Shown here piece by piece: positions 1-12,000 of a stretch of DNA of 64,000 nucleotides (within the stretch, counting starts at the first letter, position 1; every line of letters begins with the position of its first letter). This DNA is from Thalia democratica (Eukaryota). The notes beneath the pieces were generated by a model. That model searched no databases, had not been told where the DNA came from, and saw only the letters and a program-made list of their open reading frames with translations. Location: contig OZ241830.1 in the NCBI GenBank assembly GCA_965202585.1, forward strand, positions 60,698,001 through 60,762,000, given 5' to 3'. The translations under genes were made by a program, and so were the position numbers.

Positions 1-3000
1 ATTTGTTTGTATGGAATGGCCAAGACGGAAGTGTAAATAACATTAAAAATTATCACAACTCCAGCATCACAGCCGTATCTTGGTCTGGACTCAAGTTAGC
101 TTCAGCAGACAAGGTACTGTTTTAAAGTTATACTTTTGAATTTGTCAAATATCTTTTACAAGTTTGATTATTGTAATTGTTCTGCTAGCTAGATCTTGCT
201 TTGAGCCATCTTTATCTTTTATTCTTACAAGTTTTAATATGTTTGACTTTGTCTTTACTTAGTTATTTCAAAGACTAAACTATAAGTTATTTTTTGCGGT
301 TTTAGGATCTCAGACTAACTACTTTATTAATCTTGTTTTGTAAAAAGATTGTTGTGTATGTTCAAGAAAAGCAATGTTTTCATAGATTAAAAAAAAAGTA
401 TTTTGAAATGTTAATTTTCAATGCAAATAATTTGTTATAGAAAAATGTAAGTTTTATGCTTAAGTAAGATCAGTTGGAACTAATTTATATTTTCTCTGAA
501 GCCTTATTTGAACTTTTTTATAGGCAGGAATACTTGCTGTTTGGAAAATAGATGGTTTGGGTCAAAGTCAACAAGAACCTATCTGCAAACATGAATTTGA
601 ACATGGTATTACAACTGTAATACCAAAACACTACTCCAGAAGTTCGAATAAAAGGTAAATAAAATTTTAAGAAAATACAAAAATATACTTTATCAATTAA
701 AATTTCTTGAAGTCCAAGTTTTTAGATTAATATAAGGTTTTATATTCGAAACTAATTGCATTAATTTGCTTTAAAAGTTTTAAAATATACCTTCCAAAAA
801 TATTAAAATAACTCTTTTGAAAAAATATTAAGTTATAGCTTATCCTTCCAAACAGTGGAGTTGTTTTTAACACAAAAATAGTAAATTAATGTTATTTTTT
901 TACAGTATCACAAATCTTGCCAAGGCGGCCGTCAGTGGAGATCAAATTGCTCTTGATCTTTTTGCCGATTTTAACTCTGGGTTCAACTCCAGAATGAAAC
1001 TGTCTCAAAAAGATGGAGAAGTTTTTTTTGTTGCAACCGAAAAAGGTAATGCTTAACGTTTTTTAAGGTTAGCTTTAAATTAATTGATTTTAAACACAAT
1101 TTTTAAAAGGAAAAGTTTTCTATGCAAATGACAAAGGAAAGTGTAAAGAATGTTTAAGCCTTGAGCATCCTATAAAACAACTTCTTAATTCTAAAGATGG
1201 CAGCTATTTGGTTGCTTTGTCAGAAGACCTAGAGGTTACTGAATAAAGTTTTATGTTTGACTATATCAGTTTAAGTTTACTTAGTAGGTTTTTAGATACT
1301 TTTATTCCTGTAATGCTAATAATACTAAATCAGGGTTGCCACTCGGTCAGGAAAAGTCAGGAAATCAGGAAAAGTCAGGAAAAATTCAAAAAGTTGACAA
1401 AAGTCAGGAAAAGTCAGGAAAAAATGGGGGGTTTTGAAAAAATGTCAGGAAAAGTCAGGAAATTTGATAACATTTTAAAAAAAGTCAGATTTTTTCAGTT
1501 TAAATTTACAAAATTCCTTGTTTTCAAAAGCCTTCAAATTGTAAAAATTAATTAAAAGTCCTTTACTGTCAGAAAAAAATTCCAAAATTTTCCTAGAAAT
1601 TTACAAAAATTTTTAATTTTATTTCCAATGCCTTCACCTAGTATAAATTAGTTAAATATCCTTTATAAAACTGCAAACATTTTCTATTAACATATTGAAC
1701 AAGTACCCTACTTGAACAAGCAGATTTTGTAAGCTTTTTAGTATTGATGATCTGTAGCAAGGACTTTTCCATAGTGAAACTGTATACGCAAAAGTTTATC
1801 TAGCATAATTTTAGAATCAAAATGTTTTTGTTTGAATAATTGAGTTCTTTATGAAAATATACTTAGTTTAGTATTTTATGTAACAAGTTAATGTGTATAC
1901 TTAACCTCTTTATAATTTTTTCAAAGTTGTTTAAATTTATAAAATAAGTTATAAGAGAGGTATATGCCAAGATTAAGTTTACTTATTTTTTGTAGAGTAA
2001 CTTAAGTTTTTAAAATAAATAAGAGTATATTTATTTGTTACAAATTTTATACTAAATGATAAGAGGAAATATTTTATACAACAGATATACAGTTTACTTT
2101 TTTATGTCTTTTTTTACAGTTACTTAAGTATATTCTTTTTTAATTGATTTATAAGTTAAGGATTTTATATTAAATAGTTTGGGTAGTATTTTATTAAACT
2201 AAGTGAAAAATTTATATAAGTAAAACTGATTTAGAAAAGTCAGGAAAATTTTGGTAAAAAGTCAGGAAAAAGTCAGGAAATATTTCTCAGCTTGATCAGT
2301 GGCAACCATGCTAAATATACGTTTTTCTTAAAATAGGAATATAAATGTTTTGTTTTTTAAAATATTGTTGTAAATTAAATATGCAGTAACAGTTTCATGT
2401 ATGGCGTTATTTTTAGAATAAATTTTGTTTTTACTAGTTTTAATACCTAAATTAATGATATAACTAAATAACTTTACTTTAATTTAGGTTGTAAATTTCA
2501 AACTTGAATATTTATTTCAGTCTAAGGGTAAAAACTATCTTTAATTTTTTTTATTATAGTCATAAAGTATTTTTTTTAGACATTGACTTTTGATACAAAC
2601 TTACTAAATTTTATAAAAACTTAACACATTATTAATTGTTCAGGTTCACAAATGTAAAGTGTTGGACGGTGGCAGTGTTGACTTGGTGCAAAGTATAAAG
2701 TTCAGCAGTTCAGGTGAAAACTCGTCATCGGCTGTTATCTGCTGGGCTGGCAAACACCTCATTGCTGCCGCTACAAATGATAGAGCTTTGAGGTAGTACA
2801 CATTATTCTTTCACAAATCTACTTTGTCTGTTAAAATCGAAGATTATATTTTTATCGTTTTTTGATATAAATTTATTAAAGACCTGTTGTTAAATAATTT
2901 GTAGTTAATTTCTATATTGTGTTTTATTTACTTTTAATTATGTTTTTTCATCTTTATTGATTAACACCTCCTATTTTCAGAATGTACGATGTAGCTACTG

Positions 3001-6000
3001 GAGATAACTTTTCTCTTTCACTTGACGAAAGTCTTGGTTTCAAGTCCGCAGAGCAGATTATTTGTGTTGATTACATGCAAGAAAAAGGTCAGTTGAAAAT
3101 AATTTGTAGTAAATACATATGCTGATTAATTGTTTTATTTTTGTGTGTATGTTTTAGTTTAGATATCAGAAGTTAAGTTAGTTCATTAAGTTTCTAAATT
3201 TTAAAATAGTTAAAGTTTGTTTGAATACATTTTCACTGATTTTTTTTGTTACTGATAGGTTACATAGCCGCAAGCACCAGTTTGAATAGATTAGCTGTGT
3301 GGACTACCGAACCAAGTAGTAAACAAAACTCAAGTGAAAATTCCTGGAAGCTACAACCTTCCTATGACATTAAAGTTCTTCCTTCTTATTTAAAAGTTTG
3401 TTTCGTTTTCTAAGCATCTAGTAAAATACTATTAATTTTTTTTTGTGCAATCGTTGTTTTATTTTCTGATAGTTATATTTAATTGCTTTTAAGTTTACTT
3501 AAAATAAACGTAGTAAATATCAGTTTTAAAGCTTGGCACATTAGTTATGAGTACATGTTCAAATTCATATGTAAATAATGCAGTTTAATTTTTCTGTGTT
3601 GCAAGTGTGATTAAACGAAGTGTTTGATTAAAAAGTATTTTGTGTAAATTTTCTAAGGTTTAACATTTAATTTGTGGCATGTAAAACAGTGGAGCAACGT
3701 TCGCACGGTATTAAGCGTGATATGCGACAACTCATCGTGGATCTTCACAGAGCAAGTTGCAAAAAGCGCAATTTCATCCACCATGGTGGCGCATCAAACG
3801 AAAGAAAATCAAGTCAGCGTTGATTTCATTGCCGCCAAACCCTCGGTTGATGATCTCAATCTGTCTGGTTCGTTTGTTGAGTGAATATTTTTTTTTAGTC
3901 TTTTTTTTTATAAAGTTTTGATGTTAAAGAAGTATATTTTATCAAGTATTTAATTTTTATTATGATTTTAGTTAATTGGATATTTTAAACAAAAATGTTG
4001 TTTCATAAGAAATTGTGTGTTAAAATAGCATGTTTTTTAACTTTATCTCAAACTCTTTTAATACTATACGTATAATCTTTTGTTTTTATAAAATGTTGAT
4101 GTTTTAGAAATATGTTTTATTAAGTATTTAATGTTTATTATGATTTTTTTTTCTTGGATATTTTCAACAAAAATTTTGTTTCATAAGAGATTGTGTGTTA
4201 ATATAGCATGTTTTTTAACTTAATTTCAAACTCTTTTAATACTATACGTATAATCTTTTGTTTTTATAAAATGTTGATGTTTTAGAAGTATATTTTATTA
4301 AGTATTTAATATTTATTATGATTTTAGTAACTTGGATATTTTAAACAAAAATGTTGTTTCATAAGAAATTGAGTGTTAAAATAGCATGTTTTTTAACTTT
4401 ATTTCAAACTCTTTCAATACTATCTAATAAAGAAATTTAATTTTGATGCTTATGTTGTACTTTCCTAAGTTGTATTTGGAAGATAATTTATAACTTAAGG
4501 TTTGAGCTTATCGCCCAGCAAGCAAACAATTACGAGCACAATACAGGGAGGCCACACTTTTGTCAATACAAAAATTGTATTCACTGGTTTGGGTGTTTCT
4601 TCTGTGAGTTAACTATTTTATAATGAAACATGTTCTTATTTTTTCGAAATACTGTTAAATAAATATTTTTAATATGTTTTGATAATGGTAGTGTATTATA
4701 AAACATATGGTTTTAATCTTTATTTTACTGCCAGGTATTATAAGTTATTTTATTTTTTTTAGGAGCATCTAGCAGTTTGGAATAATCAGTCAGTTGAAGT
4801 GTACAATTGTGTGACTCCTGAAAAATTTGAACTTATAGGTAAAAATAATTATACATTACTTGTTGTAGTAGCATAAAATTGAAACACAGTAAAATATGTT
4901 TGAAAACTTTGATGTTGATTTTTTAAGTACTTTTAACTTCAAGTTTGTGTAGTTTTTATTAAAATTTTAAATAACAGGTTCGTTCAATTGTGAGTCGGTG
5001 TCAAACGCTTTGCACGACAACAGCTTCTTTTCCATTGACGTCCACAAAGAAGGCCAACCTAAAATACTTGTCAGAAATTTTCAAGTCAGTTTTTTATGTC
5101 TGTGTTGAAATCGTTGCAAGTTTTTATTTATTTAATATATTTTAAAATCAAAGCAAAACTCGCGAATTTAAAGTTTGTAAGTACAGTTGGAAGTCACTAT
5201 GACTTTGTCAATACATTTTTATCTATCATTTCTTGTGTTAATTAGGTGTAAACTTCAAAACTATTTTCAATACCTTCGTGGTTAATATTGTAAATATCAG
5301 TTTCCTCGAAACTTTGACTTTCTTCTTTAAACACAGCCTAAATAGATAAGATTTCTATTGAAAATATATTTCTTTCCATAGGTTGCTCATGTTAATCCTT
5401 TTGAAACTTTAACTGCTGTAAGTGACTTAGATCGCTTCCCTATAATTTTATCTAACACGTACTAAGAATTATGGGCTTCATTATAGAATAAGTGTAAGTT
5501 AAAAGTTAAGAAATGAGAAACAAGGTTTTTATTATTTGACAAAACTATAAGTTTCACCTTTCAACAGTTATTCATTTCACGGTAAATGCAAACTGTTCTG
5601 AGACTTTTGAATGAGTTTTTATTTACAGAATTTTACAAAAGTTCAATCTTATATTTAATTCTTAACAAAAATATTTAAATATTTTACCTGCTACCTTATT
5701 TTTCTAGGGTATAGTAAAGCAAATATTACTGATGCAAGAAAATGAAGGGAATCCGATTTTATTAGATACTTGCAACAATTACATGTGTGTTGCTACTGAT
5801 ACTGGCTGTTTGAAAATATTCGATCTTTCCAGAAGGTATCATCTTATTATATTATTTCTATAAATTTTGTTACCTTGTTTTTTTAATAACTTTGATCTAC
5901 TTCTTGCACTAGAAATAGAATGTATGTTTTAGCTCTCAATTAAATCAGAGCTATTCAATTTGACAGTAAGGTTGTTTAAAAGTAAATACTTTTATCGTGT

Positions 6001-9000
6001 TTTTATGAATGTTGTATAAAAAGTTGACCCTACTAAGTTTATTTACATTTATTGATACAAAACAAAATAATTATTTTAGAGACGCTAAACAGTTGCACAG
6101 CACGAACTTGAGTGAGCATTTAGAAAGTTTTGGAAAAATTGTTAAAGCGGTGTGCGGTCCTAATGGCTCAAAAGTTGCATTTATTTGTAACCAGGTCAGT
6201 AAAAAACAACATTCGATACATTTAATGTGTTTTGATTTTAAACAAATAAGTAAAATAAACTTCAGGCCAGTGGGGAAATAAACACAAATATATACGTGTA
6301 CGACGCCGAGTCGTCGAAAATTTCCCGCTTCGACTTCGAAACCGGCGCCAACTCGGACTTGGACCTCTGCGACGTCGGGCAGCTGTCAGACGTGGACCAG
6401 AGCCGGTACGAGGCGGGACTGCTCGTGTCTGGCAGGCACCCGGTCGACGTGATGTGGGACATGGGAGAAAGCAGGCTGCTGACGTGCCGGGCCAAGCTGT
6501 TACGTCACAATAAAAACGTTCGAACCGTCAGCGACAGCGACTCCATCGTGCAAGTTGAAAACAGACTGACGGTAGTTTTGAATATTGAATAAATCCAAAT
6601 ATGTTTGAAATACTATATTGTTTATTTTTTATCAACAACATTTTCAAACAACAGAGTGAAGTTATTGTTGTGTCATTGTTCAGTACTAGTGACCAGGGGC
6701 TCATGCTTCAAGACTCATTTGAATGTAACAAAACAATTATGGGCGTCAAAATTCCGTACTTTTATTTTACTGAGGAGGTGAGATACTTGGTTTAATTTTT
6801 TGTAACAGCAGTAGATTTAGTTCTTGATGAATAAGTTGTATTAACATCCCTCGGTTTGCAACTTTACAAAGACTTAAAGGATTTTAATATTAGTTTTATA
6901 AACTTTGTGAACTTTATTCTTAGTAATATTTTATTTTTACCAGTACTGACGGTAGTTTATTTCTGAAAGAAGTTCAGTTTTAAATGAATATTTTAATAAA
7001 AGTAGTATCAAAAACTTTAGTTTTGTTTTAAAATTCAAGCACTATAAACTGATATTTTTAATTAGATGACAAAACAAACCACTGAAGATAAAGATACTAC
7101 TCTACTTTCTGAAAAAGTTAGTTCTTAGTTGTTTTAAGACATACACAATATGTTCAATTTCTAGGGTGTAGTACTGCATAAAATCAAGCATTTTCAATAC
7201 GTAATTTAACTAATAGTAAATAGTTATTATAAATTCCTTATTTTTGATTTTATTTTGAACCTATTGTTGTAACAAAATGTTTCCAGTCTTCAATAAGCCG
7301 TGAAACGATGAGAGATTTCGTCGGTTTGGACGCTTCGGACTCGCAAGCACAATCTGCCATGCTCAATTTCAGCTACCATCTTACTAAGGGCGATATGGAT
7401 GAAGCTTTCAAAGCTATCAAGCTCATTAAAGGGTAGATATAATTTGTTTTATAAATAAGCAATAGTGTTTTACATAACAAGTTTATCATATTTAAGTTTC
7501 AAGTAAAGAATTAAATTAAAATGCTTTAATTAATTTTAATTATTTTGATCTGAAAAAATATTGTTTAATATCTATTTTTATGTAGACAATGTAATTTATT
7601 ACGTGAAATTGAACTACTTACCACATATGAAGTTTGTGTAATGCTGGGTTTCCTAATTTTTTGTTAAGGTCCCCTTTAAAGAAATTAAAAAGGTATTGAC
7701 CCCTTCCAATGAGATTTTCAAAAAACTACCCAAGACCTTTTTTTTTCTCTTCATCACCAACTCCAGAATATCTAGTGTAAGTTTCGAAACTACCCATAAA
7801 AACGCCAAAGACTATTTTCTGCTCCTCATCATAGACTCCAGAATATCTAATGTAAGTTTCAAATTATGACCTTATGCCCCCCATGGCACCTTTATTAGTC
7901 ACGGCCTTCCTTTGATCCCTTTGCAGCTTATGGTCCTCAAGGGGGCCATATGATCTACTTTGGGAAGCCTTGGTGTAACGTGTATACATTATCTTCCTAA
8001 ATATCAAGGTTGATATTAAAACGTTGAAAAGCACCATGCAAATATTCCGATGTGATACAAACTTTACAGATCTCGGGTGTGGGAGAGCATGGCTCGCATG
8101 TGCGTAAAATCGAGGAGGTTGGACGTTGCGCAGGTGTGCCTGGCAAACATGGGACACGCGAGGGGAGTTCGCGCGATCAAGCATCAACAAGATCACATCA
8201 ACGCTCGTGTTGCCAGGCTCGCTATCGAGCTCAAAATGAATGTCAGTTCACATTTTTTAGCTAGTAGTGTAGTAGTAGTGTAAAGTTAAAAGTTTTGTTA
8301 ACGTTTGTAAATCTTACCATATTTTCTTACATAATTAGTTAATTATATTTGTTTCAGGGTGGCCTCTGAACCTGGAGTTTGAGATATTTTGAAAAAAAAA
8401 ATCGGAATTTTAAACAATTTTAGCATGTTAAGTAGTAGAACTTTGATTTGACTCGAAAAATCTATCATAGATATAAAAAAAATTCTCCTCATCAAAAATA
8501 TTTTTAGTTAGAAAACACATTCAAGTAGCTTTACAGTATCTTTTTAATGTTGATATAGTATTTAAACAGTTTTTAACCTTAAACTTAACTTTAAACTAAA
8601 AATAGACCTAAAAACGTGTATGATCAAAAACCTAAAAATATAAGAAAACCTGGAAGAAGTTTCTCAAAAACCAGTGGCCACCCTGTTGTTATTAAACTTG
8701 TACACATGCTGTGTTTCAAACGAGCTTTTTATTCAATTAACAGAATGAAGCAGAAAGACTTTATATCGATTGCGAACGTTACGATTTGCTAAATGAATTG
8801 TACCAAGCGACCGGACAGTGGTTAAAAGTTTGTTTTGTTTATTGTATAGTATTGGTGTCAAAGTTATAAAAAAAGTACATAGATCACTCTCAAAAAGTGC
8901 TTGTAGTATATTTGGCTCACAAGTTATTTTTTGGTGAAAACACAGAACTAATATCTCAAACGAGTTTAAATTTTTTTTAAACAAATTAAGTATTTTTTCA

Positions 9001-12000
9001 GTAATAAAAATACTATGTTGATTAAAATTTTTAATATTCTACGTTGGTTTTTATTTTATTTATAAATAAATTTTAAGGCGCTGGATGTTGCTGAGAGACA
9101 TGACAGAATACATTTACGTTCAACTTATTATAATTATGCAAAATTTTTGGAGTCTTTAGGCGGATTTAAAGATGCAATTATGTAGTAAGTTTAATTTTAT
9201 TTAGTTTTGGTATATTGCAACAGTTATATAATGATTCAAATAATTTCAGCTATGAAAAATCAGGCACTCACCATTTTGAGGTGCCAAGAATGCTTTTTGA
9301 CGAACTTGATATGCTCGAATCTTATATTATGAATTCAAAAGATAGGTTAGTTTGAAATTTTTGAAATTTAACGTTTGTCTTTTTCATTTTTATAAAGTAG
9401 TTTTTAGTATTAACACTTAAAGTCTCCAATTTAAAACAACAAATATAGGAAAGGATTAATAACTTTAGTTTAAAAAAGTTTTTTTTAATAAAACGCTTAC
9501 TAATAGTAATTTTTTTAATTGTAAAAATTGATTTGGCTCAATTATTTTCATAACAAAAAGTATCTGATTTAACTTAAACAGAAAGTTTCGCAAATGGTGG
9601 GCACAATACATAGAATCAACAGGCGATATGGAAAATGCGTTGAAATTTTACCAACAAGCCGGAGACCCGTTGTCGCTCGTTAGAGTTTACAGTTACTGCG
9701 ACCAACTCGATAAAGTTTGTTAATATTTGCTCGAATATTTTTTCTTTTGAATGATTTTTGAAAATATTATAAAAAATTTAAAGATTGTTTGATATGTTTA
9801 ACCTAAATCAATTTGCTTAAATCACTTCAATTAAATTTTTTATTTTGTTATTTTAGTTCAATATTTTTTTTTTCAATAGTTAATATATTGTTTCTAGTAT
9901 TTTATGAAAGTTTGTCATTTAGATTTTAAACATACGAACTAATGCAGGCAGCTCAGGTAGCAAATGAAACGGGAAACAGGGCAGCCTGCTTCCATCTCGC
10001 CAGACAATATGAAAAAACTGATCAGCTCGACAAAGCAATCAACTTCTTTGCCCGCGCCATGGCTTACGGAAATGCTATTAGAATTTGTAAAGTTTGTCAC
10101 TTGATATTCGTATAAAAAAATATATAAGTTATAGCACATGTAGACAATGGACCAATTTATTTTGGTAATCAAAAACTTGAAGACTAATTGTTAACTTAAA
10201 CAAACAAAAATATATAATTTTCTTAAGTAAAATAAACAACGAAGTCAAAAATTTAGGCTATTTTATATCATAGACAATGTGTTTATTTTGGAAATTATCA
10301 AATTTAAATACTGTTCGTTGGTAATAAAATAAATTTAGGAACATGGGTTCGAGGAGCGGTTAATGAACATGGCACTTTTGAGTCCACCTCATGATATGGT
10401 TGAAGCTGCTAAATATTACGAACAAACTGACAACCTCATTGATAAAGCTGTTATGCTCTACCACAAGGTTTTCACTTGATTTTATCAGTGTTACTAGTTT
10501 TAGGTGTTTTTGTTTCTTTACAAGACAAAATTTAAAAGAAGTGCGCTTTTAAACTTTAAATAGTTTGTATGTAAAAATACAATGTCTGACATTAGTTATT
10601 TATATAAGTGTATGTGTTTTCATTACTTTATCACATATAAATAACTTTTGTTAAGACCCGTTAAACTTTCATATACAAAATTAAAGGAAATTTGTTTTAT
10701 ACACTGTAACTATTTTATGAGCAAATAGTTTTAATGCTTTTAATATCTTTGTGCATATTAAAAATAAATAATTCAATAACTATTTTATTAGTGTTTCATA
10801 AATAGTTTTCATAAAGTGTTTTGTGAGTTAAAAAATAATATTACAAATTTGAATCATTAAACAACGTTACAACAACGCAGGCGGGTCATTTTGCAAAGGC
10901 GATAGACCTGGCGTTCAAGTACGAACAGTTTGGCGCGCTGGAGCTCATTTCGGAGGATCTCAATGAAAACACGGACGCCAGCTTGCTGACGAAATGCGCG
11001 CAATTCTTCGCACAGCACGGTCAGCACGATCGAGCCATTAAGCTGCTCGTGTCCGCTAAAAACGTTTGTGCTTGTTCATGTTTCAATTCGAATAAACTTT
11101 ACACCTGAACGTTGTGTTACAGATCAAAGAAGCCATACAGGTTTGCAGCGACAACAACGTTCGCTTGACGGAAGAGCTCGTCGAAAAGCTGACCGTTTCC
11201 AGCGATCACCCCGAAATCACCCTCAAAGAGAGGTTTGTTGAAACTTATAATGAAAAATTGTGTTTTTATAACTGTAAATACTTTACAAGCAAGTATGTAG
11301 TATTTTTTTATTAGATGCATTAATTAAAAAATATCAACAACTATATCATCAGTCGTTCTACAGATAAACTTAACCAAGTTTTGTGTAAATCTAAAAAAAA
11401 ACTTTTTGATACAAGTTGTTGTTTAAAACTTCGGACTGCTGAATTTAAATTATTGATTAAGAAAAAATACATATTGTTCGATACAATCAAAAGGCAAAAG
11501 CAGCTGATGATGTTGGGCGACTGCTGCATGAAGCAGGGCGAGTACCTGTTGGCGTGCAAGAAGTACACGCAGTCGGGCAACGTGGACAAGGCGATGCGGG
11601 CTCTGCTGAAGTCGGGCGACACGCACAAGATAATCTATTACGCGAACACGAGCAAGCAGCGCGACCTGTTCGTCATGGCGGCGAACTACCTGCAGTCGCT
11701 CGACTGGCGCAACCACCCTGACGTAATGAACAACATCATCGCTTTTTACACGAAGGGAAAAGCTCACGAGTCGTTGGCCAACTTTTACGAGGCCTGCGCT
11801 CAGGTATGTTTTATGTTGAGCTTTTGAAATTTTTTTTTTTTAATAGTTAATAGCGTTGTTCTTTCTGCCTTAACTAAACATGTGCTAAGTTTGTATCTGA
11901 TATTTTTTTAAATTTTGACAAATTTTTATACAAAAATAAATTTCTGATTGCTTTGTTGACCAGTTTACAAAAAAAGAATGAAAACTAATTATGGTTTATA

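Noticed and set aside
1253-1555. 100-aa ORF with RKSQE repeats
   Set aside because: It is a translation of the AAAGTCAGGAAA subterminal repeats of the intronic MITE.
11450-11767. 105-aa antisense ORF (also 40112-40429, 6262-6495, 7864-8196, 53581-53793, 54942-55136)
   Set aside because: These are shadow or alternative-frame ORFs over GC3-rich real exons, where stops are depleted.
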